The notes beneath the pieces are model-generated. The model saw only the letters and a list, made by a program, of their open reading frames with translations, made no database searches and was not told the origin of the DNA. 64,000 nucleotides of DNA, from the IMG/VR virus record IMGVR_UViG_3300024352_000023, positions 1 through 64,000 of that record. The stretch is one strand, 5' to 3'. This document shows positions 56,569 to 63,816 of the stretch, one piece after another. The position numbers and the translations under genes were made by a program. Positions within the stretch are counted from its first letter, which is position 1, and every line of letters begins with the position of its first letter. The DNA comes from a virus.

Positions 56569-56863
56569 CCGTTGAGTTGAGGTTTAACGAGTCAAGGTGA
56601 TAGGCAGTTTGTTCTGCACCAATCAGTCGGAACGAATCTTTGATTAGTTCACTGTGTGGTGCGTCGAGATAGAACGCGTTGAGAAGTTGTTCAGCAGTTT
56701 CAAATGCATCGCATTTGCCTGTGAGTTTCATCATGACATCAGATGGCATGTTGTCCACAATCTTCTCGACCAGATGGTGACAGACGCGTTCCCACTCTGC
56801 ATCTGGAATGCAATCGGCAATGAGTTCTGTTACATCTTTAACAATCAGTGATTCAGAGATCAT
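56540..56863 (-). CDS. Hypothetical protein
   Basis: Start at MISESL after a terminator-like hairpin. Confidence 0.45.
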   Translation of the reverse strand: MISESLIVKDVTELIADCIPDAEWERVCHHLVEKIVDNMPSDVMMKLTGKCDAFETAEQLLNAFYLDAPHSELIKDSFRLIGAEQTAYHLDSLNLNSTDGLSEATPS

Positions 56864-56911
56864 GAAGAAAAGACCCCCGCTAGTGCAGGGGCCAAACATT
56901 CCGAGCAGATC

Positions 56912-57274
56912 TTAGGCAGCTTCTGCAGTGGTGTCTAGGGGCTCGTCTAGGACCCCTGACTCGCGGAGCTTATCGAGCATGCCAACCATAAGTGTGGCGT
57001 GTGCTCTGGTCTGTTCCATGAAGTGCTTAGCACGTTCTGGAGAGATGGTATGGACAGCGCCGTTGGGTTCAACGTAACGCCAGCTTCCATCAGGTTGCGG
57101 TTCACCCTGGAGCGCAAGCCGCTCAGAGTTATGGACGTACCGCATCTCAAGGTTGTGGTAATCCCGCAGACCATCGGAGCTAGTCCATGTAGCACCAAGG
57201 TTGTAGCGATTCTCTTCATCCGCATAAGCGTGGAACTCAGGGATGAGGGACTTAAAGGCAGCAAAGAATTGCAT
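56912..57274 (-). CDS. Hypothetical protein
   Basis: ACUCAACUCAAC leader immediately after tRNA-Leu. Confidence 0.55.
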   Translation of the reverse strand: MQFFAAFKSLIPEFHAYADEENRYNLGATWTSSDGLRDYHNLEMRYVHNSERLALQGEPQPDGSWRYVEPNGAVHTISPERAKHFMEQTRAHATLMVGMLDKLRESGVLDEPLDTTAEAA

Positions 57275-57295
57275 GATGTTGAGTTGAGTGTGGGC

Positions 57296-57371
57296 TGGTA
57301 GCCGACCCCGGATTCGAACCGGGACTTGAGCGATTTTAAGTCGCTTGCCTCTGCCGTTGGGCTAGTCGGCC
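57296..57371 (-). tRNA. tRNA-Leu(UAA), short variable loop, CCA encoded
   Basis: GGCCGAC-UA-GCCCAACGGCAGAGGC-A-AGCGA-CUUAAAA-UCGCU-CAAGU-CCCGG-UUCGAAU-CCGGG-GUCGGCU-A-CCA. Confidence 0.9.
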
Positions 57372-57580
57372 TCACTTGGACTTACCTCTACATCAATGGA
57401 TGTGGAGTGCCAAGTGTGGTCATGGGGTAATGGCTCAGTGCCATACTCCCATGTGTCGTAGTCTTCCTCGTTACGAGGATCGTCTTCAATCAGGATGTAC
57501 TTAGGTGAGTTGTCTGTGATGTACTCACCAATGTTTGCCATTGCCATGGCAAGCAGTTGATCATCTGTGTAATCAGACAT
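57362..57580 (-). CDS. Acidic hypothetical protein
   Basis: 72 aa; the stop codon lies inside the 5' end of the tRNA. Confidence 0.4.
   Translation of the reverse strand: MSDYTDDQLLAMAMANIGEYITDNSPKYILIEDDPRNEEDYDTWEYGTEPLPHDHTWHSTSIDVEVSPSEAD
57373..57416 (-). ncRNA. GGC(A/G)...GUAAGUCC internal-loop hairpin, copy B (abuts tRNA-Leu 5' end)
   Basis: CACUUGG-CA-CUC-C-ACAUC-CAUU-GAUGU-A-GAG-GUAAGU-CCAAGUG. Confidence 0.6.
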
Positions 57581-57630
57581 GAGTTAAAGGGGCATCCCTA
57601 TAACGAGGATAGGATGCCCCTGCTGTGGCT

Positions 57631-59337
57631 TCAGCTATCAGATGCTAGCTGTTTCTCACGAGATTGCAAGGCTTGCTTGAATGCTTGTGAGTATTGCTCA
57701 CGTTGCTCATCATCAAGGCGTTGGTTTGCAACACCTGCAATCTGAACAACGTTCATGACACCCATGGATACATCCAGCTGGATGGTGAAGGTTGGCTTGC
57801 CATCAATCATGCAGAGCACAATGAAGTGCTTGCGTTTCTTGATGTCTTCTGCATACCTGGATGCAGAGCCAACACAGTTACGTACTGCTTGTCCCCACTG
57901 TGCAAGTTGGTGGGTATCCATTGGCTGGAAGAATGTCCAGTCACTGTCATCCACGTTGACCTTGATTGGTTGAGGGAACAGATCCTGGTGCAATGACTCC
58001 TTACGATTGGTTACCTTCCATGCTTCTGCTTGCACATAGTCATGGAAGTCAGGCATGCGCCAGCGCTTGGGTGCTTCAAGTTCCTTACCATTCTCCAAGA
58101 TACGCATGATCATGGAGAATGTATCATTCATCTCAAAGAATGATTTGACATGGTAGTCGTAATCACTCCATGAGCTACGAAGTGCACCTGTCTCCGTTTC
58201 ATTAAACTTGCGTAGCATATTAAAGAACGATGCAACGGGCGTGTTCTCCTTCAACCATTGGATAAGACGTTCGTCATACCTGAATTGGTTGAGATTAATA
58301 CAACGCAGTTCATTGAAGTATGTACGATAGTGATCAATAGGGCAGTCAGGCCAGATTCGAATAATGAATTCAATAGAATTACAAGTCTGTTCAAATTCCT
58401 TGAAACCATACTTGATAGATTTACGTTGTGTATTTTCTGGACTGTTGTACTCAGTAGTTGAACGATCAAGCATTGCTTGAAGTTGTTTCTTGATATACGG
58501 AGTAGTAATGATTGTTTCAGTCTTGCTTAAACATGTACCGTAAGACGAATAGCCATAGTCATTCTTCAGTAGCTTAGATGTTGCAATTAAGTTATCAACA
58601 GTGAGTTCATACTTGGTCTTGTCAGGTATAGGTTTGCTAAAGAATGCAGGCATGTCGAGTGCATCAACAAGGTTGTTGCAACGCAAGCGATCAAAGATAC
58701 CACGGCTATCAGTCCATTGAGGAATGGTTGTCATCAACTGAGATTCAAACCTATTAATTGTTTCATTAATGTCACGTGCTTTCTGGTAGTAACTAGCAAT
58801 ACCCATGGCACGCCAGTTGCGACTGTCTTTGCCATTGATGATGTCTTGCTTAGTTACTGTTGCAGAGTAAGTAAAGACTTGTGAACCACGACCAATGGTA
58901 TGTGGAGTACAAGTTTCTATTGTCTTGTAAATATGATTTGGAACCTGCTTAGCAGCAGCTGCAGTGTTCTTGAATGCGTAGGCGTAGCCATAGACATAGT
59001 CTTCGCCTTTCTGTGGGAGCCATGCTGCGTACCAGCATTGCTCGAAGTGATAAAGGACAGCGATAGGTACAGTGCGTGCTTGTGAAGTTGCCACGTCCAC
59101 AAGCTTGGTAAACAAACGAATACGCCCTGGTGCTAGCTGTGCATTGATATGATCAATAGCTTCTTGCTGATAGCTGGAGCGTACCACATCTTCAGGGATG
59201 AGATGTGGGATGTTACCCAGTGGATACTTAGCTTTCTTCGTAGCTTTCTTGGGTTGATTGTCTTTGACCAAAGCCTTGAGCTTTGGATCATAAGCAAGCA
59301 GTTCTTGTTGGAGATGAGAGGGAAGTTGGAAATGCAT
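57631..59337 (-). CDS. PcfJ-domain protein
   Basis: FHDYV...LAQWGQAVRNCVGS..Y...FTIQL...VQIAGVAN; start reassigned to MHFQL. Confidence 0.7.
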   Translation of the reverse strand: MHFQLPSHLQQELLAYDPKLKALVKDNQPKKATKKAKYPLGNIPHLIPEDVVRSSYQQEAIDHINAQLAPGRIRLFTKLVDVATSQARTVPIAVLYHFEQCWYAAWLPQKGEDYVYGYAYAFKNTAAAAKQVPNHIYKTIETCTPHTIGRGSQVFTYSATVTKQDIINGKDSRNWRAMGIASYYQKARDINETINRFESQLMTTIPQWTDSRGIFDRLRCNNLVDALDMPAFFSKPIPDKTKYELTVDNLIATSKLLKNDYGYSSYGTCLSKTETIITTPYIKKQLQAMLDRSTTEYNSPENTQRKSIKYGFKEFEQTCNSIEFIIRIWPDCPIDHYRTYFNELRCINLNQFRYDERLIQWLKENTPVASFFNMLRKFNETETGALRSSWSDYDYHVKSFFEMNDTFSMIMRILENGKELEAPKRWRMPDFHDYVQAEAWKVTNRKESLHQDLFPQPIKVNVDDSDWTFFQPMDTHQLAQWGQAVRNCVGSASRYAEDIKKRKHFIVLCMIDGKPTFTIQLDVSMGVMNVVQIAGVANQRLDDEQREQYSQAFKQALQSREKQLASDS

Positions 59338-59366
59338 GAGTTGAGTTCGTAGTTGGTTCGTAGTGT

Positions 59367-59394
59367 TGAGCAGTTTAACGTCGTACTCAGGACG
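59367..59394 (-). ncRNA. Leader pseudoknot repeat, copy 5
   Basis: CGUC-C-UGAGUA-C-GACG-UUAAAC-UGCUCA (U-G wobble in stem 2). Confidence 0.8.
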
Positions 59395-59402
59395 TGATGT
59401 CA

Positions 59403-60143
59403 TTACGATTCAACTGTTAACAATTGAATGTTGTAATGTTTGATCCATTCCACCAGCTTTGCTGTGGCTTCTGGTGACTCCAGACCAATGCATCCACTGG
59501 TACCGGACTCACCGTTGAGTTTGCCCCAGCTTGGATCTTGGTGGAAGCCAAGGGCTGAACGGTTGGTGTTGAATAAAGGAATCACTGGTACCCAGAATCC
59601 TTTACCAAGTTCTGGATCATCGAATGGTGCACGGGCAATGCCGTACCGATCGATGGAGTATGTGCCGATGGGCAGTGGTGATTTGTTGCCAGCAATGTTG
59701 CGATTCGCTGTTTGCTTAGAGGCACGTCCTGTTAGAGCAGGCATGCTATCCAGGACTTGACCGTTGGCAACCAACTGTAGTTTCCAGATTGGATCCTTGG
59801 TTTGCTTAACGGTCTCCTTGGTGCGAATCAGCAACAGCTTTGCTGACGGACGATTGCGTGCAGGTGGGATGGGTACATTGTTCTTGAATTGGATCTCAGG
59901 ACGCTCGGAGCCTGGCTCTGGTGGGGCACCAGGGGTTGGTGTGGCATCGAGGGGTAGCATCCCATCAGGGACGCTGCGAGCCATATCACCAGGCCCTTGC
60001 TCTAGAGGTTGTGAGTACATCAATGAACGCAAGTGATCTTGCTGTTCATTGTGATGAGTAACCATGTTGTTGATGTTGTGGACTGCAACGGCAGATCCAA
60101 CACCAAGTGCAGTTGAGATGAGTGCAATCATTGGTAGTTTCAT
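59403..60143 (-). CDS. Secreted/anchored L,D-transpeptidase (YkuD-like)
   Basis: N-terminal hydrophobic segment; PLPIGTY...LGFH.D...GTSGCIGL catalytic H...C motif. Confidence 0.75.
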   Translation of the reverse strand: MKLPMIALISTALGVGSAVAVHNINNMVTHHNEQQDHLRSLMYSQPLEQGPGDMARSVPDGMLPLDATPTPGAPPEPGSERPEIQFKNNVPIPPARNRPSAKLLLIRTKETVKQTKDPIWKLQLVANGQVLDSMPALTGRASKQTANRNIAGNKSPLPIGTYSIDRYGIARAPFDDPELGKGFWVPVIPLFNTNRSALGFHQDPSWGKLNGESGTSGCIGLESPEATAKLVEWIKHYNIQLLTVES

Positions 60144-60146
60144 TGG

Positions 60147-60536
60147 TTACATGTTACCTGGCCCTGTGGGTGCAGGCGCTGAGTAGTATGCAGGAGCTGC
60201 ATCAAAGTTTCCAGGTCCTGTGCTTGGAGCACGAGGAGGTGGCGGTGGAGGAGTAGGTTGCGGTACAACAGGTTGTTCAACAACAGTTGGAGTTGGTTGC
60301 TGAGTTTGTTGTACTGGTTCTTCTTTGGTTTCAGTTTGGGTCTGGCCGTCTTCTTTGAGCTTGGCTTCCCATTCTTGTTTCGCTTTTACCTGTGGGTCAG
60401 GATCAAGCTTGCCGTCCTGGTCAGGTTGATTATTTGGCATCAATCCACCAATGACCATTTGCATGGTGGCAACACCAGCACAGGCGATGAGGAAGCCAAT
60501 GAAGACTGCGACGCCAAGGATGATCTTTCTTGTCAT
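60147..60536 (-). CDS. Membrane-anchored Pro/Gln-rich protein
   Basis: N-terminal TM helix, Pro-rich linker, twice-repeated TGPGN. Confidence 0.55.
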   Translation of the reverse strand: MTRKIILGVAVFIGFLIACAGVATMQMVIGGLMPNNQPDQDGKLDPDPQVKAKQEWEAKLKEDGQTQTETKEEPVQQTQQPTPTVVEQPVVPQPTPPPPPPRAPSTGPGNFDAAPAYYSAPAPTGPGNM

Positions 60537-60802
60537 CGGCAGAGGTAGTCAGAGCGCATCCAGCCAACGAGTCCGTTGTATTCAACGCGATACCAACGCA
60601 TTTGATCACCGCCCCATACCCAGTCCAATGCCCGGAGGTATTGACTGTTCGGTATGGAGGCGATGACTGTGTTGTTCTTGGATGGGCCATTGCGTAGGTT
60701 GACAGATGAACCAGGGTCCCTGGTACATGTCATGGCCCATTGTGCGTTGGCCGGAAGTGCGATAAAGAAGTTAAGTGCGAGTAGTGAAAGCCAGTGTTTC
60801 AT
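60533..60802 (-). CDS. Secreted bacterial SH3 (SH3b) domain protein
   Basis: Signal peptide ending ANA; VNLRNGPS...VIASIP...WYRVEYNGLVGWMRSDYL. Confidence 0.8.
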   Translation of the reverse strand: MKHWLSLLALNFFIALPANAQWAMTCTRDPGSSVNLRNGPSKNNTVIASIPNSQYLRALDWVWGGDQMRWYRVEYNGLVGWMRSDYLCR

Positions 60803-60822
60803 GGATAGGTAGATACTGTTAA

Positions 60823-60850
60823 TGGGCAGTTTAACGTCATGCCCAGGACA
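60823..60850 (-). ncRNA. Leader pseudoknot repeat, copy 6
   Basis: UGUC-C-UGGGCA-U-GACG-UUAAAC-UGCCCA. Confidence 0.8.
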
Positions 60851-60900
60851 ATGTGTTAAAGAGTTAGAACTTCTTTAACGTATTAGAAGTTATGTGTTAG

Positions 60901-61155
60901 TTAATCATATTCAACGAGTTGCCACTGTGGATCGAGCTGATCAAGATACAGAGCGAAGCCATCTTCGTCAAGAGGAATCGGTTCGTCTGGATCCAGCTCG
61001 ACAGTTGCTGTACAAAGTGCTGGAGCCCACTCTTCAGGATCAAGATGAGTTGCTCGATAGAGTAGGCGCATTTCGTCAACAAGCGCTGTAACAGTGACAT
61101 GAGTTTCAGTGAATTGAACGTCTTCAATAGCAAGGACTGAACAGTAGTTAACCAT
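60901..61155 (-). CDS. Hypothetical protein
   Basis: 84 aa, acidic, TAATG-coupled. Confidence 0.5.
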   Translation of the reverse strand: MVNYCSVLAIEDVQFTETHVTVTALVDEMRLLYRATHLDPEEWAPALCTATVELDPDEPIPLDEDGFALYLDQLDPQWQLVEYD

Positions 61156-61340
61156 TAGCCTTCATCCACGTAGGAATACGTTTTGGTGATGACGCACTTG
61201 TACTTATTCCATGCACGAGCACTGGTGTACTCGGCATTGAAACGTTGTTCGTTAAGTACGTTGGCTTGTGCCCTGCGCACAGCGCATGCAGCAAGATTAA
61301 TTCGATCAAACAAGTTGATGTCGTCGGTGAAAGCAGACAT
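61155..61340 (-). CDS. Hypothetical protein
   Basis: MSAFTDD start after an ACUCAACUCAAAUC leader. Confidence 0.5.
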   Translation of the reverse strand: MSAFTDDINLFDRINLAACAVRRAQANVLNEQRFNAEYTSARAWNKYKCVITKTYSYVDEG

Positions 61341-61362
61341 GATTTGAGTTGAGTTAGTGGAC

Positions 61363-61427
61363 AGAAGCTGGGACTTACACTGCCTCCTTCTGTGCTGTTT
61401 GCACAACGAGTACAGACGCCCAGTTCT
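61363..61427 (-). ncRNA. GGC(A/G)...GUAAGUCC internal-loop hairpin, copy C
   Basis: CUGGG-CG...UGUGC-AAACA-GCACA...GUAAGU-CCCAG; intergenic. Confidence 0.55.
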
Positions 61428-61625
61428 TTAGATTAGCTTAATGTTTGGAATGCTTAGTCCAGTGCCAGGAATACTGACTGATCCTTTGACGCCATTGGGA
61501 CTGGCGTTGAGAGTCAGCTGGAATGGACCAAGCTTGACTGCTTTAGTCAGTGATTTGACACCGTGTTCGGTGATGTTTACACCATGGATGGTGCGATCAA
61601 AACTGATGAGTGATTTCTTAGTCAT
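61428..61625 (-). CDS. DUF4236-like small protein
   Basis: KAVKLGPFQLTLN.S..GV..SVSIPGTGLS. Confidence 0.5.
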   Translation of the reverse strand: MTKKSLISFDRTIHGVNITEHGVKSLTKAVKLGPFQLTLNASPNGVKGSVSIPGTGLSIPNIKLI

Positions 61626-61828
61626 TTGAGATCGTCTGGTAGTAGCGCTTGGGATTCTTCTTCGTCCATATTTGTCATAACAAATTTCTGTCCATCGGGG
61701 GCAATAAAGCCCCCTATGAATCCCATACCAAGACGATCGGATGTTTCCTTCATACGTGCAACTAATTGCATAGCTTGAAGTCTTTGCATATCCATGGAGT
61801 CTGGTATGCGAGGAGTGTTGTTAGTCAT
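61622..61828 (-). CDS. Hypothetical protein
   Basis: MTNNTPR start after a CAUUCACUCCACAC leader. Confidence 0.5.
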   Translation of the reverse strand: MTNNTPRIPDSMDMQRLQAMQLVARMKETSDRLGMGFIGGFIAPDGQKFVMTNMDEEESQALLPDDLK

Positions 61829-61958
61829 TGAGATAGTGTGGAGTGAATGATGAGAGTCTACCAGGCTTGTCAAGGTAAGACCAGGGGTATGTAGATAAAG
61901 GTTCCTTATCTAATATAAGGTTTACCCCTGGTACTCCCCTGCGGGGGTGCAGGGGGGA

Positions 61959-62231
61959 TTACGAGTGCATAGCCTGGTGTTCTTTCCATGCAGCTGCGTG
62001 CATTTCTGCAGCAGTGATAGGTGGTTCACCTAGTTCGTTTGGTGTTGGGTCGTAGTCAAGTTCTTCCTCCAGCATGGAGATGATCTCTTCGACTACACCT
62101 TTGGTATGTGGTGCAAGATGTTCGTCCATCTCATGTCGCTTGCTTTCGCGAGCAAGGACATTCTTAAGGATGGAGCGTACTTCTTCCAGGTAGTAATACT
62201 CGTTTTGTGGATAAGCTTTGGCTTGTTCCAT
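61959..62231 (-). CDS. Hypothetical protein
   Basis: MEQAKAY start after an identical CAUUCACUCCACAC leader. Confidence 0.5.
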   Translation of the reverse strand: MEQAKAYPQNEYYYLEEVRSILKNVLARESKRHEMDEHLAPHTKGVVEEIISMLEEELDYDPTPNELGEPPITAAEMHAAAWKEHQAMHS

Positions 62232-62258
62232 GATTGGTTTGGTGTGGAGTGAATGTAA

Positions 62259-62303
62259 ACCCTGGGACTTACGCACCGTACTTACGTCGATGCTGCCCAG
62301 GGT
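62259..62303 (-). ncRNA. GGC(A/G)...GUAAGUCC internal-loop hairpin, copy D
   Basis: ACCCUGGG-CA-GCAUCG-ACGUAAGUA-CGGUGC-GUAAGU-CCCAGGGU. Confidence 0.6.
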
Positions 62304-62318
62304 ATGTCGGTATAACAC

Positions 62319-62570
62319 TTACGTTGACTTGGGATCAAGCATGATCCAGCCAGTGTAGTTAGCACTGCTTCGGTCAACGCGTATTAAACCGTATTGTTCC
62401 AGTTTGATCAATGCGTTGAGGTATTGATCAAGCCTGGATACTTGAGTTGAACACCGTGGTACATAACACGGTGTGTTCTTATGTCTCTTCTTGTGTGCCA
62501 AGAAGTAGAGATAAATGTTGCGTTGATTGATGGTCAGTCCCCGAACCTGAGGCAGTGCTTCTGTTGTCAT
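62319..62570 (-). CDS. Winged-helix-like hypothetical protein
   Basis: LTINQRNIY.Y...YLNALIKLEQYGLIRVDR. Confidence 0.5.
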   Translation of the reverse strand: MTTEALPQVRGLTINQRNIYLYFLAHKKRHKNTPCYVPRCSTQVSRLDQYLNALIKLEQYGLIRVDRSSANYTGWIMLDPKST

Positions 62571-62938
62571 CAGCAGTAGTGTGGTTTGGATTCGGGGTAG
62601 ACCTTAGCGAAGTCGTTGGCGAAGTTGACTTCGTAGTTGTGGTACGTCGTCGAGAGCCCGAGGCTTGGCTGGTCTGCGATCTCGTACTCGTCGAAGTATT
62701 GGATGAAGGTTTGGACCGCTTGCTTCTTGGAGAAGATGCAATGGGTGAGGACTGGGAGTCCTGCCTGGTAGTACCATCCACCTTCCTCTGGACCGCCGTA
62801 GTTGAGCGTGGTTTCGTGGACGGTGACAGTCGTTGGGTCTTCGTGTTCCCAGTCCTTGTGGGTGTTGTAGCGCTGGATTGCGTAGCGCAACTTGTAGGAC
62901 TTGGGGTAGTACTTCTGGAGTTCAGAGAGGTAAGACAT
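62570..62938 (-). CDS. Hypothetical protein
   Basis: YGGPEEGGWYY motif; TGATG-coupled to the downstream gene. Confidence 0.55.
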   Translation of the reverse strand: MSYLSELQKYYPKSYKLRYAIQRYNTHKDWEHEDPTTVTVHETTLNYGGPEEGGWYYQAGLPVLTHCIFSKKQAVQTFIQYFDEYEIADQPSLGLSTTYHNYEVNFANDFAKVYPESKPHYC

Positions 62939-63025
62939 TGGATTGCGTCGATGAGTTCAGTGATCAGGATTAAGATGATAGCGATGATAACAATGACGAT
63001 GTCAGTGTCATCTTGCTGAGTGTGC

Positions 63026-63235
63026 TTAGCTTTGGTCATCGTGAAAGTCCTCCATTGGTTCGATGAATTGGAATTCGGATTGATCTGCTTCTCGCATGGC
63101 TTCTTCTAGTTCGTGTGCACGATCAGCCATGGCGTCAAGCAAGTCAGAGTTGTAGTTGTTATCAAGATCTGCCATTGATTCGTCGGCAAGCCAAGGAAAC
63201 ATGGCATCTTCTTGAAGCATGTCAATGTTTGTCAT
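63026..63235 (-). CDS. Acidic hypothetical protein
   Basis: 69 aa, D/E-rich, 22 nt after pseudoknot copy 7. Confidence 0.5.
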   Translation of the reverse strand: MTNIDMLQEDAMFPWLADESMADLDNNYNSDLLDAMADRAHELEEAMREADQSEFQFIEPMEDFHDDQS

Positions 63236-63257
63236 GGTTTGAATTGAGTGAATTGGC

Positions 63258-63285
63258 TGAGCAGTTTAAGGACATGCTCAGGTCC
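63258..63285 (-). ncRNA. Leader pseudoknot repeat, copy 7
   Basis: GGAC-C-UGAGCA-U-GUCC-UUAAAC-UGCUCA (identical to copy 4). Confidence 0.8.
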
Positions 63286-63315
63286 ATGAATGATATGTAT
63301 GTACTACTGCGGTAG

Positions 63316-63816
63316 TTAGATCTTCACCTGGGTCCAGGATGTACCCTTGTGAATGTTAGAGATTGTGTGGTGACTGACGTTGTACACACGTGCAATCTCT
63401 TCGTAGGCTTGCTGCCTTGACTTAAAGCGATTCATTGTCGCTTTGTCGGACAGCATCAGCTTGATCTCTCGTACCTTCTGGTTATCTAACTTGTAGTTAC
63501 CACCATGAGGTACAGGCTTCTTAAAAGATCGATCAGCTGTAGTTCCTTGGTCCTTGGAGGCAAGCTTCTCGAGATAAGCTAAGCTTGCTTCTCGTTGATA
63601 CTGAGATTGAATCTTGGCATCTTTAACAGCCATCATCTGTGGTGCCGGCTGTTGTTGGAGGGGGACTGGGGGAGTCGTATTGAAGACAGCTTTGATCGGA
63701 AAGCCCAGTGTCACTGATGCACCGTCTTTCGTTACCGAGACAGTGATCTTGCCATCCCTGGTGATGACAGAGACGTGATCAGGGCTTTGAACGTCAAGTT
63801 GGCTGAGGGGTTCCAT
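63316..63816 (-). CDS. Protein with C-terminal HTH
   Basis: KLDNQKVREIK...EEIARVYNVSHHTISNIHKGTSW; start at MEPLSQ. Confidence 0.55.
   Translation of the reverse strand: MEPLSQLDVQSPDHVSVITRDGKITVSVTKDGASVTLGFPIKAVFNTTPPVPLQQQPAPQMMAVKDAKIQSQYQREASLAYLEKLASKDQGTTADRSFKKPVPHGGNYKLDNQKVREIKLMLSDKATMNRFKSRQQAYEEIARVYNVSHHTISNIHKGTSWTQVKI

Noticed and set aside
59338-59403. N-terminal extensions such as MTSRPEYDVKLL, MIRPEHDVKLL and GPEHVLKLL on several ORFs
   Set aside because: The shared peptide is just the pseudoknot sequence read in frame; other copies are not in frame with their genes. The downstream ATGs with ACUCA leaders are the more plausible starts.
62479-63039. 186-aa Ser/Thr-rich ORF overlapping 62570-62938
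   Set aside because: Beyond a short hydrophobic N-terminus it is a low-complexity alternate frame of a better-supported gene.
47174-63285. Pseudoknot repeats as a CRISPR array or phage-RNAP promoters
   Set aside because: Copies are kilobases apart with genes between them, and no cas genes are present. Their variation is pairwise compensatory, which a DNA-recognised promoter would not require.
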